A DNA stretch of 64,000 bases, taken from the IMG/VR virus record IMGVR_UViG_3300032046_000006, positions 41,888 through 105,887 of that record. One strand, written 5' to 3'. Every line of letters begins with the position of its first letter. Within the stretch, counting starts at the first letter, position 1. This document shows positions 19,929 to 30,645 of the stretch, in pieces. Under the pieces are notes generated by a model. That model did not search any database. It was not told the DNA's origin and saw nothing but the letters and a program-made list of their open reading frames with translations. The stretch comes from a virus. Position numbers and translations under genes: made by a program.

Positions 19929-20522
19929 TTATCTAATTATTTCATCACATACTTTTTTTCGCAATGCTTCTTCTGCTGTTAACCATAATTCGCCTGCATT
20001 CATTTTGTGCATATCGAGATTGGTTAATTTAGTATATTTTTTACAAAGATTATCCATATTTTTTTCAAGTTGAGTTAAAAATTTTACTCTATCTTTTATA
20101 TATTGTAAATAATCGCATTGACCCTCGCTAAGAGGATGAAACATAATATAACTATTAGCATACATTTTTCTTCTTTTACCTGTAATAAAAATCAAAGCGG
20201 ACATACTGCATGTTTCCCCACTAATGATAGTATGAATTGGGGCTTTGCTATGTTCTATAGCATTAATAATAGAAAATCCGCAACTTACTTCCCCTCCAGG
20301 ACTATTAATTTCAATTGTGATTGGTTTTTTATCATCAAGAATATTCATAGCTTTAATTTTTGTTACTATTATATCTGAAGATTCATTAGTAATAATGTCA
20401 TAAAGTAAAATATATCTTTCTTTGTTTAAAATTTTGAAATAGTAATCTTCCCCCCATTTTTCTTCTTTTTTAATTGCAGTAATTTCTTCTTCATTTTCTT
20501 TATCACGATAAAAACTATTCAT
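19929..20522 (-). CDS. clpP: ClpP-like protease
   Basis: INSPGG, CSMSA (Ser), IMFHP (His), ELWLTAEEA. Confidence 0.85.
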   Translation of the reverse strand: MNSFYRDKENEEEITAIKKEEKWGEDYYFKILNKERYILLYDIITNESSDIIVTKIKAMNILDDKKPITIEINSPGGEVSCGFSIINAIEHSKAPIHTIISGETCSMSALIFITGKRRKMYANSYIMFHPLSEGQCDYLQYIKDRVKFLTQLEKNMDNLCKKYTKLTNLDMHKMNAGELWLTAEEALRKKVCDEIIR

Positions 20523-21695
20523 TTATTCCTCCTTTATTTTTAAATACTTAATTATGGGTAGGCATAAAAATGAAGTTCCCGCCGAAAGAATAATAAGCCA
20601 TTTTAATCCCACCAAAGGAAATAAAAACGCTCCACTAAAACTACTCGCAGTTCCTGCTGATAAATTATTTATACCACATAACAAGGCAAATGTAGTTGCT
20701 TCTAATCCTTTTATTGAGGACTTAGCAAGGAAATCCATCATAATAAGATGAATAATCATTCCTATAAGAGAATAGATGCAAAGATAAATAATAGCGCTTA
20801 TAGAAGTATAATAAAGATATGATAGCGTTATTAATGCTCCTAAAAAGACACTATAAGTAAGCCATTTTTTAATATTAATTTTTTGACTAAATTTCCAATA
20901 AATCATAGCTCCGACAATTGAAATTACGGAAGCAATAGTTCCTAAAAATCCCATAAATTGAAAACTCCATTTGAAATTATCACGTTCCAGATAGGATAGT
21001 GGTGTGCCAAAAGAGGGGGAATATTTATATAAAAATAAAAATAAACAAGCCCATAAAAAGGATTTATGTTTAAAAATTTCTTTATAGGATTTTATCATAT
21101 CTATTATTTTTATTTTAGTATGCTTAATTTTTTCTTCTCTATAAAAATAAATAGGAATAAACATCATTATATAAAATGGTATGAGTAATAAAAATCCTGC
21201 TTTATAAGAATGATGGTCAGCTAAATAGCCCCCCAGTAATCCTGTTATAATTGTAGCAATTGTAATAAATATCCATTGTAAACTCTGAATTTTGCCTGTA
21301 GCATTGTATTTTTTCCCTTCTATACACATTGTGCCATCTACAGCGACATCCCTTATAGCAGAATTTGTAGAATTAATAAACATCATAGTAATCAACAAAA
21401 CTAAAGGCAAAGACCAAATTCCCAAAAACAAAACCGTTATAATGTCTAAAATAATAGAAATAGAAATCCAAGTTTTTCTTGACATAAATTGGTCTATAAA
21501 AAATCCCCATAAAATTTTAGGTATCCAAGCAAGTCCTATAATAGCATTTAAAGTCATTAATTTTTCAGGAGGATACATAAGAACTTCCTTAAAATATTTA
21601 AAAAGAGAAAGACTCGGCAAGCCTTCAATGCCCTGTATAAAATAACACATCGCCGATAATGAATAAATCCAAAATAATTTTTTATCTATTTTCAT
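20523..21695 (-). CDS. MFS transporter, BT1 folate-biopterin family-like
   Basis: About 12 TM segments; YFIQG, AWIPKILWGFFID, DVAVDG, GKIQSLQW. Confidence 0.75.
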   Translation of the reverse strand: MKIDKKLFWIYSLSAMCYFIQGIEGLPSLSLFKYFKEVLMYPPEKLMTLNAIIGLAWIPKILWGFFIDQFMSRKTWISISIILDIITVLFLGIWSLPLVLLITMMFINSTNSAIRDVAVDGTMCIEGKKYNATGKIQSLQWIFITIATIITGLLGGYLADHHSYKAGFLLLIPFYIMMFIPIYFYREEKIKHTKIKIIDMIKSYKEIFKHKSFLWACLFLFLYKYSPSFGTPLSYLERDNFKWSFQFMGFLGTIASVISIVGAMIYWKFSQKINIKKWLTYSVFLGALITLSYLYYTSISAIIYLCIYSLIGMIIHLIMMDFLAKSSIKGLEATTFALLCGINNLSAGTASSFSGAFLFPLVGLKWLIILSAGTSFLCLPIIKYLKIKEE

Positions 21696-21786
21696 TCTTT
21701 CATTTCCTTTATTAAACAAAAAAATGCAGCAACCCAATACCCAATATACCATAATAACCAAATAATAAATAATCCTATGTAGAAGT

Positions 21787-22353
21787 TTAGCATTTTATTT
21801 TTTTTAATTCTAAAATAATAAAGGGTCTTCTTACTCCTGCACTAAAATTTTCGGCACATTCTAACGCATTTCTTACTATTTCTTTGCCCGACAGTTTTTT
21901 AGAATTAGTATAAATAGACCCCAAAGCATAAGATTCCCCGCATCCGCATGAATCATAATTATCGTAGGTCATTGCCACTTGCAAATCGTCTACTATTTTA
22001 TAAATTTTACTATTATAACCAACTAAAAAGGTTCCTATTTCTTCTTGATTATCTTCAATTTTACTATATCCATTATCTTTTAAACATTTTCTTACTGCAT
22101 CAATAAATTCTGTACACATATATTCATAATCGCTGACTTTATCTTTATGAACAGGTATTTCTAATTTAAATCTCAATAACTGTCCCATTCTGAATGATGA
22201 AGTATATCCCATTAACATATTTTCTTTTTGAAATACTTTTACATCACTTCTAATTCTAATATCATGCCTTCCTACTCCTGCTGAGTCGCCTCCCATAAAC
22301 ATGTTTCCTTTATTGTCTACATAACCAACAATACAAGTAGTTGTTGTAATCAT
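21787..22353 (-). CDS. Ntn-hydrolase protease (HslV/proteasome-beta-like)
   Basis: N-terminal TTCIVG, GGDS, KVF, CGCGESYALG; AAGGAGG RBS before 22353. Confidence 0.7.
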   Translation of the reverse strand: MITTTTCIVGYVDNKGNMFMGGDSAGVGRHDIRIRSDVKVFQKENMLMGYTSSFRMGQLLRFKLEIPVHKDKVSDYEYMCTEFIDAVRKCLKDNGYSKIEDNQEEIGTFLVGYNSKIYKIVDDLQVAMTYDNYDSCGCGESYALGSIYTNSKKLSGKEIVRNALECAENFSAGVRRPFIILELKKIKC

Positions 22354-22587
22354 TTTTTCCTCCTTATTAATCTTCATCTATGAGCAATCCGCAGTTTAAA
22401 CAATCTGTAACCCATCCATCTGGATAAATCCCTATAGTAGAAATTCTACCTCCACATAAACATCTTGGCGGTTTTTTGTATTGCCCTATCTTGTAATAAT
22501 AAAAATACTGTAATTCAGTAGCAAGAGATAATCCAAATTTGGTGCGATAATGAATTTTTTCTAATAAGTAAAGAATTAATTCAATCA

Positions 22588-23184
22588 TTATAATATTCCT
22601 TTCCATAATAAATAAAATACATAAGGAAGATATAAAATATTTATCGTCATTAAAATTATAAATCCTATTCTACATATTTTTTCCATTAATTTATATCCCT
22701 TTTCTTTTCCATAAAATTTTTCTAACCAAACCAAATAAGGATAGCTTCCGTCAAGGCAAGGCACCGGAAGCAGGTTAGTTACCCCTAAAGACAGACCAAT
22801 TGCCCCAAAATAAAATATATTAAAATTCATTATTTTTAATCCAATAATATAAAATACTATTCCAAATAAAATATTTGTCAAACATCCTGCTATTGCAATT
22901 AATAATTTTTTATGATAAGGGAGATTGGTAAACGAATCTTTATCATTACCATTTGTAAGTTCGTCGTGTAACTTGGTATATCCCCCCAAAGGAATATAAG
23001 TAATTTGATAAATAGTTCCTTTAATTTCTTTTCTATAGAATGGTCGCCCAAAACCTAAAGATACTATGTCTACGCCACAATGACACCCTTTGGCAGCGAT
23101 AAAATGCCCTAATTCATGAATAATAATACATCCCATGATAGAAATTAAAAATCTTAAAAAATGAAATAAAAAATTAAGTATCAT
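22588..23184 (-). CDS. Site-2 (M50/RseP-like) intramembrane metalloprotease, no PDZ domain
   Basis: IHELGH, SLGFG, IPLGGY, NLLPVPCLDG. Confidence 0.9.
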   Translation of the reverse strand: MILNFLFHFLRFLISIMGCIIIHELGHFIAAKGCHCGVDIVSLGFGRPFYRKEIKGTIYQITYIPLGGYTKLHDELTNGNDKDSFTNLPYHKKLLIAIAGCLTNILFGIVFYIIGLKIMNFNIFYFGAIGLSLGVTNLLPVPCLDGSYPYLVWLEKFYGKEKGYKLMEKICRIGFIILMTINILYLPYVFYLLWKGIL

Positions 23185-23829
23185 TTATCTCCCATGATTT
23201 ATGTCTCTATGGCGCTTATCTATTATTAATTTGCCTTGTAAATGGTCGACCTCATGTTGAGTACAAAAAGATTCGGTATCCTGCATCATCATTAATTGTT
23301 GTTTTAAAGTCTCATCTTCAAACTGTACAGTTATAAAGACCCACCTATCAGTATCAATTCTTAAATTCGGTAAACTAAGGCAACCTTCTTTTTGAACAAC
23401 AATTTTTCGGGTGTGTTCGACTATTTTTGGATTAATCAAAACCAATTCAGTAAATTCAATCTTCTTGTCTACGATTTTGGGGATTTTTATATAACTTATC
23501 TTTTTATTGTATCCGATTTGATTGCTCGACAGTCCCAGACCGCCGACTTTATTTAGAGTTTCTTTTAATTCAATTATGATTTGTTTAATATCTTCATCTT
23601 TCTCAACCGCAGTGCAAGGAATTCGCAATAAGTTAATATTGGTAGTGATAGGTCTAATGTTAGGAGTAGGAGTTTCTTCCTTTATAAATTCAGGTTTATA
23701 TCCTTTTTCTAACATTTTATTTAAGACAATTCTTTCAGAACGGGTTAAATAACCCATCTTCATTCTTGCTTCTTGTTCACCAAGGTAGGTATCGAAATCT
23801 GATTTATTCTTAAATTGATTTTTCAACAT
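23185..23829 (-). CDS. def: Peptide deformylase with N-terminal extension
   Basis: GLGLSSNQIG, EGCLS, QHEVDHLQG. Confidence 0.92.
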   Translation of the reverse strand: MLKNQFKNKSDFDTYLGEQEARMKMGYLTRSERIVLNKMLEKGYKPEFIKEETPTPNIRPITTNINLLRIPCTAVEKDEDIKQIIIELKETLNKVGGLGLSSNQIGYNKKISYIKIPKIVDKKIEFTELVLINPKIVEHTRKIVVQKEGCLSLPNLRIDTDRWVFITVQFEDETLKQQLMMMQDTESFCTQHEVDHLQGKLIIDKRHRDINHGR

Positions 23830-24043
23830 TCTTCCTCCCGAGTCCAATCTTCTTCTCTCATTACAAAGGTTTCTATTCCTGAAAGCATCTTAATTTTGTG
23901 TGCTACTTTTCCAAGAGTTCCTATTTGTTTATCCCCAATGTAAATACCTCTTTCTCCTGCCCAAGGATGTTTTCCACAAAGAATTATTCTATTATTTAAT
24001 TTCATTATTCTCCTTTATTTTAATATGATAAAAAGTCCAATTC

Positions 24044-24364
24044 CTATCTCAAATATAGCCACATTTTGGCGAGGGCATCGGGTAAATTTCCCCAACAAGT
24101 TTCATTTTCTAATGCCAATTTAACCATAACTTTATTACCATTTATTGATTTATAGTTTTCAACCTTAATTCCTACGGGTAACTCCTCTAAAATCTCTGTG
24201 GCAAGAGGGGCAGGCATACCTTGTCCATTATTTAATCCTTCTTCTATGTATTCTAATCCCCATACACCAAAAGAATTTTTTGTCCAACAAAACTCCGTTT
24301 CCTTCTTCCACCCTGCAATTTTTAACTGCTCAGCTAATTCAAGTGATACGCAATGTTTCTTCAT
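24044..24364 (-). CDS. Phage hypothetical protein
   Basis: VSLELAEQLK..APLATEILEELP..DALAKMW pattern; GGAGG RBS. Confidence 0.6.
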   Translation of the reverse strand: MKKHCVSLELAEQLKIAGWKKETEFCWTKNSFGVWGLEYIEEGLNNGQGMPAPLATEILEELPVGIKVENYKSINGNKVMVKLALENETCWGNLPDALAKMWLYLR

Positions 24365-24721
24365 AGTCTATTTAACCTCCTATTATAAATACCTTTTTGC
24401 GGTATTAATCAAAATTTTCTTGGTCTTTAAAAGTTTGTTTAAGCATTATTCTTATCCTCCTCATCGCACCCATCTTCTTTTGTGCATATATTGCGATAAC
24501 TTCTTTTATCGCCATCATCATCTTCTACATAATCAAGATAAGAACAGTATTTGCATTTTTTTGGTATCATTAGTTTTCTCCTTTATTCTAAATTATTTAA
24601 TCTTTCTATTTCTTTATTAAGATTTTCTATTTCTTCTAATGATTCACATAATGGGCAAAACCTACATTCATAACAAATTTCATCATGTGAATTATTTTTA
24701 TCTCCAGAGCAAATGGTCATT

Positions 24722-25156
24722 TTATTTACCTCCTAAAATTAATAATCCCGTTCCAATGAGCATCCCCCACCAATAAGTAATGGGTAATCCCAAAAACCAG
24801 CGAGAGTGCCATTCAATATTCTTTTTTAAAAATCTTTTAAAATTATAATGAGGATTAAAAACAAACCACATTGTATCTTCAATTACAAAAAACCAAGATA
24901 CCAATCCAAAAATAGTAGATTCCGTTTCCCAATTTCCCAATTCATTAATAAATAATCCATGAAAAACAGTAATAAAGAGTAACAACAAAAAAACATGGTA
25001 ACCGGTCAATGCCTTGCCTCCTAATAATTTTCTAAAGAATACATTAATACGAAATGTAGGAAGTAATTTAGCCCATCCCCATTTTCCTTCAACCTGAATC
25101 TCCCATAAGGCAGTTATAATCGCTAAAATAATAGTAAAAATATAATATTTAATCAT
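24722..25156 (-). CDS. Multi-pass membrane protein
   Basis: Four hydrophobic segments; EIQVEG..GWA, EDTMWFVFNP. Confidence 0.55.
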   Translation of the reverse strand: MIKYYIFTIILAIITALWEIQVEGKWGWAKLLPTFRINVFFRKLLGGKALTGYHVFLLLLFITVFHGLFINELGNWETESTIFGLVSWFFVIEDTMWFVFNPHYNFKRFLKKNIEWHSRWFLGLPITYWWGMLIGTGLLILGGK

Positions 25157-25372
25157 TCTAAAATAGCCAACTTTTATGGAGCATTACTCTTATGTTTTCT
25201 ATGATTTGATGGATTTCTTTTATTTCTATTCCATATTGTTGAATTAGTTCAAAAGATTTAATAGATAAATCATATATTTTGTAAGCTGCCCCAATCATAG
25301 CAAAAGTAAGAACAATCATTAAACTTCGCTGGATAATTCCTATTATATAATAGATTTTTTGTAGTTTATCGT

Positions 25373-26119
25373 TCATTTTTGTAATCTTTGTTTTATTATT
25401 TCACAATACTTTTCTTCTTTTTCTATTAAAATAAATTTACGATTAAGGTTTTTACAAGCCACACCAGTAGTTCCGCTTCCTGCACAATTATCCAAAACTA
25501 AATCGCCTTCATTGGTATAAGTTTTTATTAGATATTCAAATAGTGCTACTGGTTTTTGGGTGGGGTGATTTTTCCCTTCAAATTCTGCTGTGGTAAATTT
25601 TTGTACACTTCTTGGTAATCTTAAACCATCTTTTGATTCTCTAATATGTTCGTGGTAATTTGGGATCTTATTTGTAGTTTCAGGATTATTATGTTTATCT
25701 TTTATGCCTCCTCTAAAATATGGTTTCCCTTGTGTTTTTTGCGGATTATACTTTGGTGTTCCTGTAGAAAATATAAGTATGTTCTCGTGTGCTTTTAATG
25801 GTTGTTTTTTCGCTAATAAAAAATTACTTGCTTTACTTTTTTCCCAAATCCATTCATACTTGAACATCTTAATATTACTCATCACCAAAGCACTTGTGAA
25901 AGGTTGAGAAGCAGTTAAAACTATCGCCCCATTAGCTTTAATAATTCTCTTGTATTGCTCCCATAATGGCTCAAAAGGAATAATCGTATCCCATTTACAA
26001 GCAGTAGTTCCATAAGGTAAATCACATAAAATCATATCAATAGATTGGTCTGGTATTTGTGGCATTATTTCTAAGCAATCCCCATAAAATAATTTATTCG
26101 AAAAATCTTCTATTATCAT
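25373..26119 (-). CDS. N6-adenine/N4-cytosine DNA methyltransferase (beta class)
   Basis: GDCLE, CDLPYG, HPTQKP, LDNCAGSGTT. Confidence 0.92.
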   Translation of the reverse strand: MIIEDFSNKLFYGDCLEIMPQIPDQSIDMILCDLPYGTTACKWDTIIPFEPLWEQYKRIIKANGAIVLTASQPFTSALVMSNIKMFKYEWIWEKSKASNFLLAKKQPLKAHENILIFSTGTPKYNPQKTQGKPYFRGGIKDKHNNPETTNKIPNYHEHIRESKDGLRLPRSVQKFTTAEFEGKNHPTQKPVALFEYLIKTYTNEGDLVLDNCAGSGTTGVACKNLNRKFILIEKEEKYCEIIKQRLQK

Positions 26120-26120
26120 T

Positions 26121-27596
26121 TTATTTTATTGCACTCACTCCATTTTTGCGTTCTACATTAATATAATTTACTTCTTTTATTTCTTTATTTACATTTTGAT
26201 AAATTATTATACTTTGAAATTGAAGGTTACTTATTATTTCTAATAATTTTTGGAAACTGATTTGGTCGCATGTATTTATTCCTTCATCGATGAGCAATAA
26301 ACCTTCGGAAATTCCTTCATTCAATAAAATACCAATTTTAAATACCGTATTAATAAAGGTCTTTTGCCCCGAACTTAATTGTTCGTATTTTAATTCTTGC
26401 TTGCCATCATTTACTTTTATGAAATCTTTTTCTATTGAAAATTTCACATTAATATTTATAGGTCTTAAAAGGTCATTTAATATAAATGAAAGATTATTCA
26501 ACCATTCCATAACATAATAAGCGCTGAAAGAATCTAAAGTTTTAATAGAATCGTTGTAAAGAGTAACATCGCTTGCTGTAAATTTATACTCTTTAAAACG
26601 AAATGCCTCTTTTAGTTTCATTAAACATTCTTTTGTCTTTTGAATTTTGGATTGTATACCGGCATACACATTATTGTAATGGTTCATCAAATCTTCTTCT
26701 GATTGTAATAGATTGTTGATTTCTTTTATTTCTGCATTTATAATTCCTATTTCTTTATTTTTTATAAGGTTCACTGTAGATAGTTGTTCACCAATTTGTG
26801 AACATTTAACATTTAGAATGGGACAAACTCCTCCATTGAGTTTCTTCTTGTCTTGTTCTTTAAAATAAATTATTTTATTTCTTGAAGAAATTTCTGATTT
26901 ATAGTTACCTAACAATTTGGATTGATTATCACAATCTTGTTTGGTAAGATTTAATTCTTCTTGTAATCTTAATAGTCCATTTTCAAGAATAGTCTGCCTT
27001 TTAGTAGATAAATAAAAATGATATAATTTCTTATTTACATTAAAATTCTCTCGTTCCATTTTTTTGGCGAGTAAATTATTTCTTATTCCTATGAATTGGG
27101 TATTAACTAAACCCATTAAACTTTTTCTAAGAGAAACAATTCCTAATCCTAAAAGGTCAATCCCTTTATTTTGGTCTATCATGCGATAGGTACGGAATTT
27201 ATTTAGGTCTTCGCCAATCAATTCATTTAACCACTTTTGGGCGATTGATGCGGTATTGAATTTATGTTCTCCTTCATCACTCCAGATTTGTAAATCAGAA
27301 GGAATCTTACGAATAATTTTGTATTGTTTACCATTTTGTGAACAATGGAGTTCTATTGAACATTCTTTTTCCCCGATTTTTATTAAATCTTTCAAATTTA
27401 TGCCAGTAACTTCTCCAAATAAACAAAATAAAATACTACTAACAATTGTGGATTTTCCCGACCCATTGCCCGAATAATCATTATTTAATTCTTGACTATC
27501 AAAATTAACCCCATTGATGAGATTAGTCTTGGAGAAATTAATCTCGGCATCGGAGAACAATTGGAAATTTTTTAAAATTATTTTATTTATTATCAT
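26121..27596 (-). CDS. SbcC/Rad50-like ATPase
   Basis: GNGSGKST, coiled coil with CPILNVKC hook, LSSGQ, LLIDEG. Confidence 0.88.
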   Translation of the reverse strand: MIINKIILKNFQLFSDAEINFSKTNLINGVNFDSQELNNDYSGNGSGKSTIVSSILFCLFGEVTGINLKDLIKIGEKECSIELHCSQNGKQYKIIRKIPSDLQIWSDEGEHKFNTASIAQKWLNELIGEDLNKFRTYRMIDQNKGIDLLGLGIVSLRKSLMGLVNTQFIGIRNNLLAKKMERENFNVNKKLYHFYLSTKRQTILENGLLRLQEELNLTKQDCDNQSKLLGNYKSEISSRNKIIYFKEQDKKKLNGGVCPILNVKCSQIGEQLSTVNLIKNKEIGIINAEIKEINNLLQSEEDLMNHYNNVYAGIQSKIQKTKECLMKLKEAFRFKEYKFTASDVTLYNDSIKTLDSFSAYYVMEWLNNLSFILNDLLRPININVKFSIEKDFIKVNDGKQELKYEQLSSGQKTFINTVFKIGILLNEGISEGLLLIDEGINTCDQISFQKLLEIISNLQFQSIIIYQNVNKEIKEVNYINVERKNGVSAIK

Positions 27597-27886
27597 TAAA
27601 AGTCCTGCGTTGTATGTATCTCTTTTAATTCTTTCGGAGTTAATTTTGCAGATTTTTTCTTTTTCTTATTGGGCATAATTTGAGTCTTGGGGTTTCTCGC
27701 CCAAGTTCTTCTAATAGGAATATAAAAATTGCATGGTTCGTTACATTTCGTGCAAATGGCATAACAAGTTCCTATTAAAGGATAATTATCACCCAGGAAA
27801 TCGGGGGCTGGGTCAGAAAATCTTATTTTGGCTCTGCAACAACCGGATTTATTATTATTTTTCTTTTTCATTATCATATCCTCCAA
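27596..27886 (-). CDS. Cys-rich small protein
   Basis: SGCCRA..DFLGD..IGTCY..CTKCNEPC. Confidence 0.55.
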   Translation of the reverse strand: MEDMIMKKKNNNKSGCCRAKIRFSDPAPDFLGDNYPLIGTCYAICTKCNEPCNFYIPIRRTWARNPKTQIMPNKKKKKSAKLTPKELKEIHTTQDF

Positions 27887-28487
27887 AAATCTCTTTTAAA
27901 ACATCAGGAATATCTTTATCCTGACATTTAGCACATAAACCATTTTTAAGTGCATCAAATTGTTGGCAATATTTACAATAACCCAAGTAAAAGACATCTT
28001 CATTATATTCCGTCATTTCATTCCTCCAACTCATTTTCAATTATTAATCTTAATTTTAGATAATTAGCAAAATCTTTTATATCTATTTCATTCTGAGTTC
28101 TTAAATATCGGGCAAGGAATTTATCTATATGCTTTATATTATTTTTTATTACTTCTAATTCTTTTAAATCATCAATAATACAATCACATCTTTTATCTAA
28201 TTTATCTATACATTGTTTATGCGCCATCTATTCTATCTCCTCCATATACCAAACAATTTCACCAAATCCAACATTATCTTCAAAAGTATGCTTTCTTATT
28301 TTAGATGCTTTAAAAATTTTATGCCCACTATTTGTATAGCAAGCAAAATAATCGGAAATTCCTAATTTTTTATTTCCTTTTCTTCTTTCAATTTTAAAAT
28401 TAGGGCAAACCAATAATTCTCTAACTTTTCTTAAAGACCATCCATCCGAAACATAAAAACGAAGAGTTAAGGCAGCTACTATAATTT

Positions 28488-29471
28488 TCATTTTAATTCC
28501 TCCAATAATATTTTTCTAATCTTTTCATTTACTTGATTTTTTTCCATCCAATTAATTAAACTTTCTTTTAATGTCAAGTTGTCTGGCTTAGTTTCAGCTA
28601 AATTACAGTTCATAATGAAATCTTTTTTTTGTTTAAATAAAATGAACTTATCCACATACTTTTGATAATATGGGAGAAACTCAACCCAAAGAGAGTAATC
28701 TTTAAATATGATTCTAACTTTGTTCTTTTCTGGAAGTTTATCTAATTTTTGGCATAATGCTAAAACTGTGGCTTCTAAAGCGTGAATTTTCTCACCAGAT
28801 GACCCAGGAACCACTTTTTTGGCTTCAGTGGGGTCTTTTACGGACTGTTTTTGACTATTTTGTTCTAACTCTATGTCCATCATAGGAATAGGAGAATTTA
28901 AGGGTATAAAAATAACTTTTTCTTTCTCTCCCCGATAATCTTCTATTATGGCAATAACTTTTTGACTATCCTTTGCCTCATCAAAATTAATAAATCTACA
29001 TGACCCAAGAAAACAATAATTTGGTTTTATAATATGATAATGGTGGTCATGACCACTAAATACATATTTAAATTGTTTAAAATCTTTTAATGACCTTTTA
29101 GCCCCAAAATTTAAATTATTTTCTTTAATAAATTCATGAAGACATAATAAATAATCGTCTTGGTATTCTTTTACCACAATTATGGTATCATTGAGAATTC
29201 CATAGTGGTTTAAGATACTTTGTTTTTCTGTTTCAGACTCATGGGAATCGGCTGCAATGATAATTAATTTTTTATTTAATCTTCTTATAAAAGTGGCAAA
29301 GCAATCTAACTCCAAAGAACTTGGTTTGAGATTATCAAATGTGTCGCCCAAATCAATAACTAAATCAACTTTATGTTGATTAGCTAACATTCCTATTTCT
29401 TCAAGGATTTGGATACACTCAGGAAGGTCTTGTTGGGTAAGATGTAAATCGCCGAATAATAATAAATTCAA
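28488..29471 (-). CDS. SbcD/Mre11-like nuclease
   Basis: GDLH, LGDTFD, SGHDH, GS; near the SbcC-like gene. Confidence 0.85.
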   Translation of the reverse strand: MNLLLFGDLHLTQQDLPECIQILEEIGMLANQHKVDLVIDLGDTFDNLKPSSLELDCFATFIRRLNKKLIIIAADSHESETEKQSILNHYGILNDTIIVVKEYQDDYLLCLHEFIKENNLNFGAKRSLKDFKQFKYVFSGHDHHYHIIKPNYCFLGSCRFINFDEAKDSQKVIAIIEDYRGEKEKVIFIPLNSPIPMMDIELEQNSQKQSVKDPTEAKKVVPGSSGEKIHALEATVLALCQKLDKLPEKNKVRIIFKDYSLWVEFLPYYQKYVDKFILFKQKKDFIMNCNLAETKPDNLTLKESLINWMEKNQVNEKIRKILLEELK

Positions 29472-29481
29472 CTTTAACTCC

Positions 29482-29844
29482 TTATAATCTTTTTCTGTAT
29501 TTATCTGATTGAATAGAATTTAAAAAATATACCCACAAATTAGGTCTTTTAAAATTCGCACAACCTCTCATACGATAGGGATAAAAATAATATAAAGTTA
29601 ACCAATATTCCCCCACAAAGAAAAGCATTATTATTGTAGAGATAACCATATATAAATCCCAATTTTTAAAAATAAAATATAATAACATAAAAGAGTCTAC
29701 CCCAGCAGCAATATTTCCAAAATCTCTGGAATGACCTCTCGCTAATTTAAATTTCCTAATTTTTTGAGTTTGCTTATGATATTTGTATCCATCAAAAAAT
29801 CTGGCAATAATTAAACCAATTCCCCATAAATTAATTAGATTCAT
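29482..29844 (-). CDS. PQ-loop/SemiSWEET-like small membrane protein
   Basis: Three hydrophobic segments; QTQKIRKFKLARGHS resembles the PQ-loop consensus. Confidence 0.4.
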   Translation of the reverse strand: MNLINLWGIGLIIARFFDGYKYHKQTQKIRKFKLARGHSRDFGNIAAGVDSFMLLYFIFKNWDLYMVISTIIMLFFVGEYWLTLYYFYPYRMRGCANFKRPNLWVYFLNSIQSDKYRKRL

Positions 29845-30055
29845 CTTTTCCTTTTTTTAATAACCCAGGAATCCACTCCTCATACCAACAAGAATCTGTA
29901 TTTCTATTATAAAATGTACAACACATACATTCTTCATCTTGATGTACATATTCTTGTCTCTTATCGCAATATATCATTTCTTTTTTCCTCCCCAAAAAAG
30001 CCAAATCAAAAATATCACATATCCCAATATCATCAATTTTAAACTTATTAAATAA

Positions 30056-30565
30056 TTATTCATTTTTTCTTTCTACCGTACATATCGTATCATTATGTAA
30101 TCTTCCATGGGAAACTAACAATATTTCTATAATTTCAAATCCTCTATTTTTCCCCAATCCTATACTATTCCAACCAAAACTTATTGCTAGCCCCCCTACT
30201 TTAATCTTATCTGCTAAATAAGATTTTGTTTCACTATAAAATTTTGTAGTTGCCCATTTTTTATCAACTTTACAGCCAATTCCTTCATAACATTCCATTA
30301 TTTGCCGTAGTGAATACGGGGGGTCATATAATCCCCCAGTATAATTATTTCCTTCTAATTGTTTTAAAAATTCTATTGCTTCCAAATGAAATTTTGCCGG
30401 TGAATTGGGATTGAGGTCATTAGTGAATTCTGCCTTAGAATTATTTCCAGAAAAGGGGTCAATCCATCTTTTTCCATCGCCAACATACCTATTCACCAAT
30501 TCTTTAATTGGTTTAATAGTAAAAGTCCATTTATTTGGCATTGCCCATACTCTATTTATTATCAT
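30056..30565 (-). CDS. Small amino-methyltransferase (adenine-specific DNA methylase-like)
   Basis: IDPFSG and YDPPYS motifs. Confidence 0.8.
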   Translation of the reverse strand: MIINRVWAMPNKWTFTIKPIKELVNRYVGDGKRWIDPFSGNNSKAEFTNDLNPNSPAKFHLEAIEFLKQLEGNNYTGGLYDPPYSLRQIMECYEGIGCKVDKKWATTKFYSETKSYLADKIKVGGLAISFGWNSIGLGKNRGFEIIEILLVSHGRLHNDTICTVERKNE

Positions 30566-30616
30566 TTTATTTTTCCTTTATAATCTTCTGATAGATAATA
30601 TTCATTCATCTTTTGG

Positions 30617-30645
30617 GAAGGAGTAGAAAAAATTCTAACTCCTTC
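30617..30645. terminator. Intergenic hairpin, possible terminator
   Basis: GAAGGAGT-AGAA-aaaa-TTCT-a-ACTCCTTC. Confidence 0.5.

Noticed and set aside
19929-20522. ClpP as the prohead maturation protease
   Set aside because: No portal or capsid genes are adjacent, and it lies on the non-structural strand
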